In this document: positions 24,901 to 39,472 of the stretch, in pieces
Layout of the letters: every line of letters begins with the position of its first letter
Numbering within the stretch: the stretch's first letter is position 1
Assembly: GCF_036321535.1 (NCBI RefSeq)
Contig: NC_087437.1
Location: 89,592,001-89,656,000, forward strand
DNA: 64,000 nt
Source of the DNA: Camelus dromedarius
Taxonomy: Eukaryota
Reading direction: 5' to 3'
The notes under the pieces: model-generated
Databases searched by the model: none
Told to the model about the DNA's origin: nothing
Seen by the model: the letters and a program-made list of their open reading frames with translations, nothing else
Translations under genes and position numbers: made by a program

Positions 24901-27900
24901 TGATACATTACTTTATAAACTTAAAACCTAACATCTACCTGCCCTTTCCCAAATAAACAAATTAGCTTAATATATTCCCCACCATTATCCCAAAATCTGC
25001 GCATAAGAATGAAGGAAGTGTTTATCAGATGAAGACTGAAAGGAAGATAAGGTAAAATCATTTGTATAGAGATCTTAAAAATAAGTATAACTTGAACTTT
25101 AGGTGACTATGAGCCAGGAATAATTTTTTTAAGTTCCTAGAAAATAGTTTGTCCATAGCCTTATAAAAAAGATTACTTTAAGAAAAAATTTTGCTAAAAA
25201 AGTAAAGATGCTTGTGTAAGCTCCTAGTAGAGGCTAATATTCTAGACCAATGTCAAGAAAACTGACACTAATAGAGCATCACTCATTTTTATACTGACTC
25301 TTAAATATGTAGTCAGTTTTGCAAGATCTCTGAAATAACTCCAAACATGCTTGTTGGCAGAAATATTTGCAAAAATGTTTAACATGATCAAAGCTTTTGT
25401 TGGCATCTAATAAAGCCAGTTTTTGTTTTTGTTACAGATTTATCGTTACAGAGCATGGACAATTGTGGAGTCAATGTATTAATGTCAAATCAATATATAA
25501 TTACTCCCAATTACTAATAAAGTCCTAATTTAAAAAGATCTCAGGCCAAAGATAATTTCAGTATTTATCTGAAGATGTGATGAGTTCTACAATGTTCTAT
25601 AAAGTATCTTTTAGAAAGAATATCATTTTCCTTTATTTCAACTACTGTTCACTACATAACTTCTAATGTATAACCCCTCAGTAGAGTTTCAAATTCATGA
25701 TGCTCTAAGCCAGGACAAGTGAAAAATAATAAAGTTCAGAACATAAATATGCATTGGGGTGATAACATTAGAAACGTGATCTGTCCTGTGTTAAGTGAAA
25801 GGTAGGTCAGAACTTATGTAGTAAGGTTTAGACCTGTTAAAGGGGCCACTCTATCATGATAGGGCCAACTAGACAATGATTAAAGGGCTATTCTTCCCAA
25901 AGGCTGCATCTCACTGAAACTATTCAGGAAAAAGAAGATTCTAAGGTGAACAGTGTCCTATTTATAAATTAATATGATTTAGTTTATCAAACAGTGTGAA
26001 TTTTACATTGGCAAGCAGCAAGTAGAGTTTTGGGCTAGTGAGGAAAATGAGGGCAAATTTCAATTAAAATAGAAGCATAGACAAGAGCAGAATAGACTAT
26101 GGGGTATGTCTATGGATTTACCTCTTTTGGTCACACCCGAGATTTAGTGGGAAATATAAGGAAGGAAAGAATTAAATCAGACTTTGCATTCTCCAGATTT
26201 GTTCTTAATACAGATTCCTGTCTTTGTGAAACTTTGAGATGGGGGCTGATATTAAGGGACAGTTGATAGTTCTAAAATCTAGCTCCTTCTAGATGGTCAG
26301 TGTCATTTATAAGTAGAAGACAGAACTTTAGAAGAACTGTAACTCTGGAAGACAGTTACTGCATTTCTTTCAGAAGTAAAGCAGAGATGCAAGTCATTCT
26401 CTAAAAGGTATTAGCAAAGAGCTAAAGATTCATCCAGGATAACTATCTATTTGAGTTACGGGTTTTTCTATAGTGAGCATCTATAAAAGAATTCATCACA
26501 GGATATTCTGAGAGAATGTTGTCTCTCACAGGATACGATGTATAAACCTAGAATGTGTTAACCATTTTTAAACATATTTTGGGACTCAAAAGAGAAAAAT
26601 TTCTCAATTAATATCTGCCAATATTGGAAATTCATTTAGCATATTGAGTTTTTGAGATTTTGTTATTTTTCCCCTTTTATACTATTTGCCATAGCCTAGT
26701 TTTCCTTGCACATGAACTAGAAAGAGGGGAATGAGGATAAAATAAAAAGTAAAAAGTCAACACCCTGCAGATCTTAACCAGAAAAATCATTTTCTTGGTT
26801 TTTCCCCTAAATTTTCCATTCCTTGAAGCCTAGTTTCAGTTATGTGGCAATGGAAGGGCAGCCTATATGTGAATGTTTCCATCAGGGTCACTAAAAAAAG
26901 TAACACAGCAGAAAGTTTATTTTATGTTTGAGACTGTACACTTTTATGTATGTTTTCTGTAAAAAGTGAGCCAAATTAATAACAAACTAAATTCTTAAGA
27001 GCCAGGAATATGACTGAGGCCTGTAAATATTTAAAAAATGAATCATCTATGTTATATATGTTAAATAACCATTTGGAGGTCAGAAAATGAGGAGACACGC
27101 ACACCCTCTAAGAGTGAGTGTGTGTGTATACACATATTTATACGGAAAAAATAAAAATGGTTATTATGAGTATTTGTAAAGGTATCAGCTTTTACTTATG
27201 TTGTATAAGTAGGTCCTCATTTATACTTTCTGATAAAAGTAAGGTTATAATGATGAAAAGGACAACATAATTGAATACTGCAACTAATGCTATCTAGTGG
27301 TCAAGTTTTTTCAGCTATTGATACTTCTCAAAAAGTCCTCTAAATTTTAGGTTGTTACGGACAAGTTCCAGAAAATATGCACTTTTCAGGGCTATTAAGA
27401 CTAATCTGATATTTTCAAATGAGAAATGTTTTCACTTAAGAATTGCATCACCTACTTGAAGTCACATCTTAGCCTAAATGTAATCTATCTTTGGTCCAAA
27501 TAAATATGTTTTCCACAGATATTTTTGTAAATATATAAGAAGTGATGAGATAATGTTTAAAAAACAGTTTTAGAGACGACTTGTGCCATATACACACGAT
27601 GAGTTTATACATTATTGTTAGCTAGGGTACATCACTGTACCCTATGATAGGAAGAAATATATTGCTCTGTGGGGCAGCATAATTAAATAACACAGATTTT
27701 CAAAGAGGAATTGAAGTGGATAAATGTAAGAAATAGTTTTCCAGGGCATACATACCATGATTTTTATGCAAAGCCAACTGCAATAACACACAGAATTTTT
27801 TTTCCTGTAATAGTATTTGCTAAATATTTTATGACCAATTAAAAGTACTTTATACATTTTTTTCAGAAATCAAAAGACAGTTTTGAGATATCATGGAGTT

Positions 27901-29500
27901 AATTAGCAAAACATATCTAGAATAGGAATAGGGCATAATATCTATTTGATCAAATCATTAAGAGTCTGAGGACCTATAAAGATATCTTTTCTAGTCTGTT
28001 TCTTACTTATGTTATTATAAAATTATTCACTTATAAGATACTCCAAACTGAAGACTTACTTAGGTGCCAGTTTGCAAACCAGTTTCTCTTCAGCTTGTTC
28101 AGAGTGGTATTAACTTGAGGGGAAAGAAATAGTTCTGCAGGACAGCTAAAACCAATCGGCACTAATGCTTGATATATAATAGTTAGAAAATAACTACTGT
28201 ATTATTTCTTTAGGATTAATTTTCTTATTCTGGAAAAAAATTTAACCTTGTTTTCTATCTAAATATTCTCATTCCAACTTCATCTCTTCAAAAAAGATGA
28301 AAGTTTTAAGATAAATCCTTTTGTTACTTTAAATTTATTTTAAATCCCTAATTGAGTCCTTAGTAATTTCTGTTTTCTTTATTATAGAAAAGAACAATTT
28401 TCAGGAACTGTACTATTTTATCTTGATTATACAGCAAAGACTATTAATCATCATTAAATATGAATAAAACATAATGATTCCCCTAAGTGTTAACATTATC
28501 ATAAAATGCCAGAGACTGAATTCAGAAGGTTAAGATTTTAGAAATTATTTTCAGAGACAATAAAAGGATAAGTTTTAAGTTTTCCATCTTTCCCCCATTT
28601 GTAACTCCAGGCTGATGAGAATGATAATTTGGTGGGCTATGATTAAAAAACCTTGTGGTAGCTTTTATGCTTTGAGGAAAGAAATGAGAGTTACAACTAG
28701 TGGCACATTACTGTACTATCATTTAATTATATTTCCTTCCTCTTTCACCAGAAATTTTCCTTATCTGTCATTAACCTCAAACTCAAAATAATTTTTGCTA
28801 TAGAATGAGAAAATATGTACACAATTTTCTCTTACTCATATCTTATCTGGAAACTTTTCAAGTGATAGATTGTAACACAGAAAATAATTCTAACAGTTTA
28901 TCTCATACAAGGTGCTTATTAGTAATTAAACATAAAAAATAGTTAAGTAGGTATCTGCACATATATGTAAGTAATAGCTTCATAACATGTTTACATAGTA
29001 TTTCCCTCTATTTCTTCATCTCAATAAGATATAAATTACCACCTATTATAAAATAATTGAGCTTAAGAAGTAATATCTTCCTGCAGAATGACATGAGTTA
29101 CACATTACAAAATTTTCAAGGTAACTATAAAATGATTTTTTTCACTTAGATAATAAAATTATTAACTTTTCTTAAAGATGGTAATACATCGTGTGCTACC
29201 AAGCTACAACAGGCTGAAGCAACATGGGTATGAATTTAAGTCAAGCATATCGAACAGAATGGCTCCCAGAACCTTTCCATGTCTGTTATTCTATTACAAT
29301 ATGCATTTAATTCACTGATATATTAAATACAGTATTAAACTTACTTTATGATATAAAATATATTTATTTAATAACAAATTATAATTTATATATTTATAAT
29401 AAATTTATAGTATATAAAAATAAATATATGTCTTCATGCTTAAGAAAGAAGATATTTTATATTGAAATTGATCTATTAACACATGGAAACAGAAAATTAC

Positions 29501-29677
29501 AGTAATTTTTAATTGAAGGTTTATTCTTTATGTTTGACTTGTTTATTTCTAAATATTGTTTATATTGCCACTTAATTTTTTTCTTCTATTGTCATTATAT
29601 TCTAGAATTTTTGAATTAGTGCCAGTGAAAATAATTTGTAATCATCTTTTTACATTATCTTTTACTGATTGCTCTTT
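29501..29677. repeat. 177-bp direct repeat, copy 1
   Basis: Gapless match to 30850-31026 (offset 1349) with 7 mismatches counted by eye. Confidence 0.95.
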
Positions 29678-30699
29678 TAACAGAATGCTGATTGCTACAT
29701 TTTTTATAGAGTCACAGACTAAAAATAAAAAATAATATATGCTAACATTTATATAATATTTTATATTTCTATTCAACATTAAAGTATATCTTTCTACTTA
29801 TTCAGTTCATTTGGGTTCCTCTAAAGTGTATATGGCATTAATATTTTTCTCTAAGGTTCTATATACAATTCTTGTTACAATTAAAAGGCTGTAAACTTTC
29901 ATTATGTTTTCTAGGCTGTTAAATTTTGAACTTTGTAATCTTTCACTTTACTGAATTTCTCACTACCTATTAATATGGTTAATTATATAAATGGATTTCT
30001 TAATATCAAACCAAAGTTTAATATTTAATTATTGATAATAAATTAACTTTGTTAAAGCATATGATTATTTTAACATATTACCGATTTATTTTTGCTAGTA
30101 TTTCATTTAAGATTTTTGCATCAATATTTACAAATTAAATTTGATTTCCCAGTTTTTTTTTCCTCTGTGCTATCTTTATAAGACTTTACCACTGATATTT
30201 TGCTGGCATTATATAAAAAGAAATAAAAATCTTTGCTTTTTCCTCTGTGCTTGGGATGTGTTTAAAAAGAGCATGTATTTCTTTGAGTTTTGATATAATT
30301 GACAGGCCTATAATAAAAAGCACATCCCTTCACAGTATCTAGAAATTTATTTACATTTTCTACTAAATAGATTTTTATAATTTATATTTTCCTAGAAACA
30401 TACTTATTACATACAGTTTCTCAAATCTTTATGAGTTATGGAGTGCATTTTCTTTTAATTGTTTTAATCTTGTCTTTATTGGAAATCTTTATTCTCTTCA
30501 TTAATTTCATATATTAATGATTTTTTTTTTTCTTGAAAGGATTAATTAGTGGTCTGAAAGCTTTATTGGCTTCTTTGCTGACTTTATCAGTCCTATGGCC
30601 TACTCTCTAATTAGTTAATTTCTGCTTTTATTTCCTTTATTATACTTTATTATATTAAATTTTTTCTGATTATATTCTAAGATTTGCATCTTCCTGTCT

Positions 30700-30766
30700 T
30701 TTTTCCTTTCTTCTTCCCTTCCTTCCTTCCTCTCTAACTCCCTCCCTCCCTTTCTTTCTTTCTCCC
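30700..30766. repeat. (CCTT/CCCT/CTTT)n low-complexity pyrimidine tract
   Basis: Direct reading. Confidence 0.85.
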
Positions 30767-30849
30767 AATGAAGATGTTCAGTGCTTGAATTTTCCTGTGA
30801 ATAACATTTCAGACAGTGCTTACGTATTTCATAAGTCTGCTGTTTTCTA

Positions 30850-31026
30850 AGTAGTTTTTAATTGAAGGTTTATTCTTTATGTTTGACTCATTTATTTCTA
30901 AATATTGTTTATATTGCCACTTAATTTTTTTCTTCTATTGTCATTGTATTCTAGAATTACTGAATTAGTGCCAGTGAAAATAATTTGTAATCATGTTTTT
31001 ACATTATCTTTTACTGATTGCTCTTT
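30850..31026. repeat. 177-bp direct repeat, copy 2
   Basis: agtagtttttaattgaaggtttattc...ttactgattgctcttt; matches 29501-29677. Confidence 0.95.
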
Positions 31027-34000
31027 CTTTGCTACTCAATAGATGATTGATTTTTTAAAAATAAGCTTAGTCATATGTAAGAAAAAAAATCCTTATTTGA
31101 AGGGCAAAATTGGATATATGTCTATCAGATCAACTCTATTTTTTGCTATTATTCAGCTTATTTATATTTGTAATATTATTTGGCCTGTCAAGGATTGCAA
31201 TTCCTTATATGTTTCTACAACAAGTAATAGTTCACATGTGTTTTCCAGATAATTATCTGGATAATTCATACTATTATCAATTTGAAGTGACCATTTTTAT
31301 TTTATTTATTGCTATTTACATGAATTCAAATTAAAGGGTTGAAAAGATTAAATAAAGCAGAGGTTAATGAGAAATTTCCCAGGTAGTCTTAGAAGGAAGA
31401 GCAAGGATCACCAAGTCTCAAGCAACTTTTACCAAGACAATCAACAAAAAACAAAGCCATCGTTTAAGGTATTACCTAAATACAAAATATAAATGAGAAA
31501 ATGTAAAATTCAAAAGTAATACCAATAAAATCCATTTAGAAACTTGTCTCAGAATCTTTATTTGACAATTAAAAAAAAAAAGTTTCCAAACAGTTCTTGA
31601 AAAGAAAATTACCTTTTATGTTGTGGAAAAAAAAATCAGTTTTTTGTAATTAAATAGCTGCATTGTCAACTACTTCATGTGCTGAAAATGCCAAAGCAGG
31701 CTAAAATTTATCAAAATAAGTCATATAAACATATTTTGGAGTTTTAACAAAATACCACTTAAAACTTCTCTTTAAAAAATACAACGAACAACATATCAAA
31801 GTAAGGGTATGGGAACTCCAAAAACACAATTACCTTCTTACATTAAAAAAAAAAAAAAAAGGTAAGAAAACAAGCTAACTAAATTAATTAATTAATTTGC
31901 CAAAGCTTTCAAAACAGATTCTCTGCCCTTAAACTTCTGAAATAATTGAAGATCAGGTTCTAGAGGAACAAATGTTTTCTACCATTTATGGGCACAGGTA
32001 ATTTTAATACTGCAGTGTAGGTCTACCACAGACACCATTTTGCTTTTGATTATTTGAATACTGGAAAGAATTATACAACACCAAGTCAGCATTTCTTCAA
32101 ACGTTAGATTTCAAGCTCTTTAGCCTTTAATACGTAATAAACAACTTTATGTGTTTATCTTCAGTGAAAGTCGTTACTGCCAAAAAGCCTGTGTTCTATA
32201 CTAATTGTTCTTTTCTCATATAGAAGAGATCATTTGGGGAAAAGAAAGGCTGTTTTGTTTCAAATGCACTGATGTACTGAGAACACTAGTTAATTTAACA
32301 TTAGTAAGTGATACTCCATATAATTGAAAACTGAAAAAAAGATAAAAATTAATAGCATTTTTCAAAGCATAATCCTCACAAATTTGTGAGAAGATAACCT
32401 TATTAATCAAATTACATAAAGTTCACCTGGGTCAATTTAGAACCAAATTGTCCTTGAACTAGAAAAAACATTAAAATGGACCTCTTTGCTTTTTAATTAT
32501 TAAGGATCAAGACTGTAAATTAAAATTTAGCCCTTTAAATCCTCTTGGGTGACTAAAGATTTTCACTGTCTTTTGAAATTGTCATTTTAGTTTGCATAGA
32601 TTACAAATTACCTTCTACCATCTTACCCAAGCATTGAATTCAGCATCACATAAGGTTGGTAGTTTTTGTTTGAAAATCACATTTATGCAAAGTGAATGTA
32701 ATGATGAGAATCCCATTTTCATTTTTCAAAATTACATAATATAGTAGAATGATTCTACAATGATTCATAATTTTTTACAGTTTGTAATCAGATGTGTATG
32801 ATGTTCAAATGTTCTGTATAAATGAACTAAAGATTTAGTGTTCTGTTTTTCTTTTGAATGAAAATGTAACTAAATGGAAAAATAAAAGCCAATTTGTTTT
32901 ATGCTATAATGTGACAGTGAAAAAGAGCTGCACTTTTCTTTCATTCCCAGTCTACAAAGTAAGATTTACATTGACTAGAAAAGATACTGATTTTTTACAT
33001 CTTGCTGTACTGCCCTTTGGAATAACGCTCTATTTTGGAAAACAAAATTGATTCTCAAATTCAAAATTATCTTACATGTGATGTTAGAATGCCATGGTTA
33101 GCTGGAATTTCATGATGTGATGAACCAGGAACTCCCAAGCTATAAACCACATAGCCAAGTCAGCAAAATCTATTTCCAATTCCTTGAGCTACAATTCACA
33201 TTTTCCTCTTAGCTCTATCTTGGCCTGTCTGAGATTAATTTGCAGGAGATGTTCACTAGAAAGAGCAAGATACTATTCACCTAAAATTCACGATAAGAAT
33301 GTCTTTTTTGCAGTTTGGTAAAAATGTCACGATCTTTCATTATTTTTCTCCACATTAACTGAACAGAACATGAAAACCTAAAATCTTAGAGGGGTCAAAA
33401 ATTCTTGTAGTAATTCAAATACTTCCTTGGGCTTGACAGTATTATACACTCTTTAGGAGTGTATCAGCTAGAGAGGTTCAAATCACCAGCCAAAGTCTGA
33501 TAACCTGTGAAATTCTCTTTTATTTGCTCTTTCTTTGATCTAAATCTCTCCCAAACGTCATTTTCTTGCAAAAGAAAAGTGCGGATTAGGCAATAAGAGG
33601 TAAGTCTGGTACTTCACAGCTTGATGCAAAAGAAAAAACTCCATAACTCCATTTTTCCCTTTGCCTTGGTTGCTAGAAGGCTCAGTTTGAATGTATGTTC
33701 CATGCCTAACCAGTGTGCAGAATCTTAGAATATGTAAAGAGGAATCTATAAATACTACCCAGTGTCACTTTATTCTTCCTTCCCTTCTTTTTCCTACCCA
33801 ATTATACCCTCCATTGTTACTACTTTTTATCATCAGTATAATTGTTACTATTCTTTGTACTATATGCATATTTTGATAAGCCTTGTCAAATCCGCTGTGA
33901 ATATAGGCAGAGTTAAATAAACACTACTAAATTGCTGGAATCTGGGATGCAGTCAAGCTCAACCTGTTACTCCGCTGTTAGATTTAGGGAAGAGAGAGCA

Positions 34001-34831
34001 GCAGCAGGATGCCAGAGGGACCAGAGCCAAGAGGTGGGTTCATATTCTCAAATGAACAAGACTGCTGCTATAGAAAGCTGCCACCAAAGGAAGTGCTAAA
34101 GCAGAATGGTCGTCAATACCAACAACAATGGAGGAATGGTGAAGATACTATCTGTGTAATGGGATGAAGTATGTATTTCTAACCTCAGACCCCTCTCCTG
34201 GTTCCTGACACCATGCTGACAATTCTGTCACTAGAGGTGAAAATCTTTGTCAACCTGTTGGGGCTTGTGATTGACCCCATGAGGGGACACATTTTGAACC
34301 CATGGGCTCAAAATATACATGAAAGTGTATTTCACAATAAATTAGCATGTTGTAGTATTATGAAGTGTCTTTTAAAATCAGATTATTTGGCAACACTGGA
34401 CCCATCATTTTCCCACAGAACAATAATCAGCCGGACACACTAAGGGCTGCTCCCTTCCAGAGAAAGATTTTTCTCTTCACTCTGGCTTCACACAGTTCCT
34501 ACCAATTTACTTCACCTGACTGATTCTAGCAGTTATTTGAGTTTGTTCCTAATTTAATGTGACAAAGAGTTTTAAGTTAGGAATTCATTATTTAAGATAC
34601 GAAGTTTAGTTTCAGTGTGTTTTTGCCATGTACCTGTGAGTGATGCTGAGCGTGCAGGTGTTTCTATGGCTACTAATACTAGTACTATTCACAGGTAAGG
34701 TGTTTTGAAATTATTCCATACATACCAGGCATTATTCTAAACACTTTACATTTATTGTCTGTATACTCTCAGCAATATTATAATCACAACAATTCTATGA
34801 GATAAATGTTCTCACTTTTTAATTACAGATA

Positions 34832-35290
34832 TGTCAAGAACTGTGAATGTTTTCAGATTGTATCCTGCTTACAAGCTAACAAGGTAACCTGCTATCGTTT
34901 CATAGATGCTGGCAGAAGGTATGATACTCTTGGGTTAGAGACAAAGGAATTTACTGCCATACAGCAACTCCCATGCACTTCAGATTGTGTTGATTCCCCT
35001 TTTACCCCAAGTGCTGGGGGGGGGGGGCAAGGAGGAGTTGACTAGCGGATGCTGCTGTGCACAGTTTGTTTTTATCAGCTGAGGACAGAGATCCCCAATC
35101 CCTTACAATGGACTGCCAGAAGACTTGCCCCATATTTGCCATTTGCCCTGGAGGGTGATATCATCTTTATTGGCTGGTTGGTAAACCTGCCCTCTGCCAA
35201 GAGGGGGATACTATCTCCTAAAGCCGTTTGATAAACAAACAGTCCTGAAGTGGAAGGATGTCTTTTCACAACAGTCTGAAATAGAGAGGA
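34832..35290 (-). mobile_element. Old ERVL-group solo LTR (MER54/MER74/LTR53-like; family uncertain) next to a MIR
   Basis: TGtcaagaactgtgaa..gcttacaagctaacaaggtaacctgc..gtttcatagatgctggcagaagg..gggttagagacaaaggaatttac matches a recalled eutherian LTR end. A MIR half lies at ~34680-34830. Confidence 0.65.
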
Positions 35291-36199
35291 GGGATACATA
35301 AAGAATAATATGTTATATTGCTTTAAACCTTTTGTTTTCAAATAATTTTTCAATTTTCTCACACTAAATTATTGCATTATAAGTTTGATGACAAATAATA
35401 ACTAGAAACCTGCTGTAGGTAGTAGATGGTGGTGAGAACAAGGTATCCATAAAACTGAGTGGGAACCTAAACTCTGAGGATAAAATAAGGCAACATTGAA
35501 ACATGATTTTGAAAGTCTCATTTATGAACCAACTTTGAAGTAGTAGTTTCTAAACTCTTCTGTTCCAGAGAGCTTTAAAAATCATAGATTCTACGAGTCC
35601 ACCTTAGATCTACATAACCAGTTCTCCAGGGGTAATATTAAAAATAAAGTTAAGGAAATTTAACTTCAGGAAGTTCCCCAGGAGAAGGTGACAGGTGGTC
35701 TTAACAGAGCCTGGAGATCATGCAGCTCTAAAGGATGACCTCCACGTAGGTGAGTGAAGCTGAATGAGGATGAGTTGTGTATCACCTCCAGGAGGCACAG
35801 TGGGATCATGACTGTACTAGAGAAAGCATAAAACTAGTACAATTTTCTACTCTTGAGAAAACAGTGTGTTAATAATAGTGCACTGTCAATATGGCATCAG
35901 TGAAAAGGGAGCTCAAATAATAGACTCTTGCAGGTTAATTCAGAACTCTAACAAAGAGTAACACTAATTCTTGAGGACTCAAGGATTTGCTCATTCAAAA
36001 GGTATAACCTGTGGAAGAATATAGGCAGCTCACCAGGCAAATACAGGCTGATGAAATTTGCTCCTTATGTTTATACATCTTCTTACTTTGTATCCATGCT
36101 CACGTGATTAAAAATTAATTATCGCAAGTACTCTGCCATTAAGAAGAAAATTCCCTGAACTGAAGAATAAATAGTTCAGGGTCTATCAATATTTCAGAT

Positions 36200-37860
36200 T
36201 CCTTTTATCCTTTTTGGTGGTGGCTCATGCTACCACCCACTCTTACCTGTTTCTAACCCACTGACGAATCTTCCAATTTTCTTGAACAATTTTTCTGTCA
36301 GGTTCACAAAACCTAAGTCCTTTAATGACCCTGGGAAATTTCAATATTCAGCTGAAAGAGACATTCATACATCTACAACTATACATCAATGGCTTATGAA
36401 CTCTTAGCTCCAGACTTGTATATCCTAGTATTAAACATTAAATTCTAATCTAACCATTATTTCATTGCTTTAAAACCTTTCTCATTCTGATCTTATAGCA
36501 GAGTTGGGCAAACCATTCACATGGCCACCCTCTGGATCACTCAGAAGCTTTCCACCTCAGAATTTTTAATTCTAATATTCTTTATTTGGCTATAAACTCT
36601 TACTTTTCAAGATCTTATACTCCTTTCCTCTCACTCTCTGCTTGTTAATTCATCTGTGTTTGTCCAGTCCATTAGTCTATGTTTTAGATTAAAAACCATC
36701 ACTCCTGAGAATCCTTGATCTCTTCCTTTCACTAATTTGCCTAATCTCAACGCCATTTCTTCTTCAATCAAAGCATCTGTACATTCATTTGAAACATGGC
36801 CTTTTCAAAAATCTGAAAATAATCAGAAAACTTTGTGACTTTGAACTACTGTAAGTTCATGGTTTCCAGTTGAAGACTGAATTTTCTGTTCTTATATAAT
36901 CTATCTACATGATCCCAAACTTGGCTTTAGCCAATTCTATATGCCCAATAACTAGCCTAAGCTACAAATCTGTATATTCAATTATCTATTCAATATTTTG
37001 TTTCTACTTGGGGATATCAAATACACAACAAGCTCAATATGTTCAAAACAAGCTTATAATTCTACTTCTACCACCAATGTGTCTTATCTCAGTGAATAGC
37101 ACCATCATCTATTAATTTTAGAAACCTAGAAATTTGGGTAAGTTTGGTAAGCCAGCTTGTGACATATTGATGGTCTTTAGTCCATATAACCAAAGAATTA
37201 GAAAACCTACAGATTTTTATGTTAAATTATTCCACCTTTCTGTCAATTGTTCTAATATCCTAGTCTAAACCATTATCGTCTCTCACCAAAATTATTTCAA
37301 TAGCTCCTTCACCTTTCTCCCACTGTCCTCTCTTGCTCACCTCTTAGATATTTGTTCCCTGACAGACAGAAATATATTTTAAGTGCAAATGTGATTATAG
37401 TGTTATTTTGCTTAAAACCAATTTAGGATTCCCTTTTTTTCCTCCTTCCCTCCCTCTCTCCCTTCCTCTCTTCCTTTCTTCCGTCCTTCCCTATTTCTTT
37501 CTTCAATTACTCTTAGGATACTAGCTCAAATCCTTAAAATAAGTTTAAGATTCTACAGGATCTAACCCAACTAGCTACTGCACACTTTCATACCATTCTC
37601 TTGACAATCTGCATTCCAGTCTCCATGACACTCTTTCTGGATTTTTTAATGGCCACTCTCTTTATCACTTTAGGACCTTTGCATTTGCTGTTCCCTGATT
37701 GTGAAATGCTCGTTCTTCCTCCTCATCTCTCCATTCCTCAGTTTCACATCTTGCACAAATCATTCATGTCTAGCAAATATCACTTCCTTAGGAAGGTTCC
37801 CTATGATGACCTCCAGGAGCAAATTAGAGAATGTTGTAATAATTTGTGTAATGAATGAAG
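36200..37860 (+). mobile_element. L2 LINE relic with 3' end
   Basis: ctagtctaaaccattatcgtctctcacc..aatagctcc, ttaggacctttgcatttgctgttccct, ending aatgaatgaa at ~37860. Confidence 0.65.
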
Positions 37861-37939
37861 ACATCTTTCCCAGAAATTACAATGTGTTCCTACTCAATCT
37901 CCTTTTTCATTTGTACAGCAACCATTTTAAAACTTGACC

Positions 37940-39472
37940 ACTTTCTTAAAGATCCCTTCTATGCTCATTTTATCCATCTTGGAAAATTATCTCCCCTACT
38001 TTACAGAGAAAACACAGGCCATTGGGTAAAATCTCTTACTAAATTTCCACTTTCCCTGATCATACTTCCCATTGCTGGCAAACTTTTCTCTGTCCATTAC
38101 TATTAATAACTTTTCTCTTCAGTCTCATTGTACAGAGAATGTCTCCTTGTGTTCAAGGTTAATGCTTACATTAAAAAATATTATATATTACTATATATAC
38201 TACATTAAATATATATTATAAAATAATATTTTATATATAATGCCATTTTGAATATTTAGGGATTTATTCTATCAGCATATATCTTTTTTAAACCATATGT
38301 TGAACAACTTTTTTTTTTCCGAGCTCTCTTCTCACAGCATTAAAAAGCAATGCTAAGTTCACACTGTCCTTCAAAGATGTTAATTGACTTTATGTTGCCT
38401 TCTGTCTGCTTGGTATCTCCTTTTCTTCTCAGACAACATTCTTGAAATAACAAACTTTCTGTTTTTTCACTGACTTGCTGTACTTTTTACCTCCCATTCA
38501 CTTCTCAAGTCCTGCAATCTGATTTTTATTCTATTATTTCATAAAACTATTTTTTTCTAAATCCATCAAACACTCCCCGCATAAATCAAATTAAGAAATA
38601 TATTTCACAGGCTATCGCACTTGGCCTTTCTGAGCCAGCTGGCGCTATGAGCCTCCCTAGCTAACTCCCACCCTAGCTCATGTGACACTTTTCTCTCTGC
38701 TGTCATCTCACTATTCTGGCCACAACTTCACACCTTTGCATTTCTCAACATGACCCTTAGATTCTCATCATTTGTTTTTTAAATTACAGGGTATAAACTT
38801 TAGCATTCTTATCTTCCTAATTCACACATTCTATTGAAGTTATATTTCTCCTCTATGGCTTACCCTTCATCTATACAAAAGTCAGTCCGAAAACTGCATT
38901 TCTATCCTAGATGACATATCTTATGTCCTAGTTATTAAACACCTTCATTTGGCTGTTGCAAAGGTATTTCAAACACTACATGTTTAAAATGGAGCATATC
39001 ATTTTTCCCAATAAAATTATTCTTTATTCTCTTACAGTCTTTATTCTGATGAAGGCACCAAATACCCTGAAATCCAACTTAAAATCCTGAGAGCCATTTT
39101 GGGATTTCCTACCCTTTAAAGTAAAATCTTTTACCTAATCATTAACAAAATCTATCAATTTTACTTTCCCATATTTCTTGAAACCTTTCCCTCTTCTCCA
39201 TGTCTTTGGCTCCTGTCCTTCTCCAAGTCTTTCTCTTGAATTACCTAGATTTCTTCACTGGCTTCCTGCCTTTTCTGTCTTCTCCAATCTTCCACCCATC
39301 ACACCATGACAGAGTGATCTTTCAAAGCTTAATCTAAACTTTCTTCATTTTGCTTAAATTATTTCTCATCACATCCTGAATAAACTCTAAACTTTTAAGC
39401 TTCTTATCATTTGCTCCTTCCTGTCCATAGAAAAACTTACTGAATCGATAAATGCATGGATGAATAAATGAA
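37940..39472 (+). mobile_element. Second L2 LINE relic with 3' end
   Basis: L2-like pyrimidine-rich body (caatctgattttt..aaaact, acagagtgatctttcaaa) ending gcatggatgaataaatgaa. Confidence 0.6.

Larger units (their letters stand above)
29680..31030 (-). mobile_element. Degraded ancient L1M ORF2 relic
   Basis: L1-antisense motifs such as tttgctagtatttcatttaagatttttgcatcaatatt (~30091-30128) and tgcttgaattttcctgtgaa (~30782). Confidence 0.6.

Noticed and set aside
29501..31026. Direct repeats read as LTRs of a mini LTR-retrotransposon
   Set aside because: No TG..CA ends, PBS, PPT or 4-6-bp TSD; the interior is decayed L1.
34806..35362. ORF cluster and a G12 run (35016-35027)
   Set aside because: Inside an old LTR; no coding signature.
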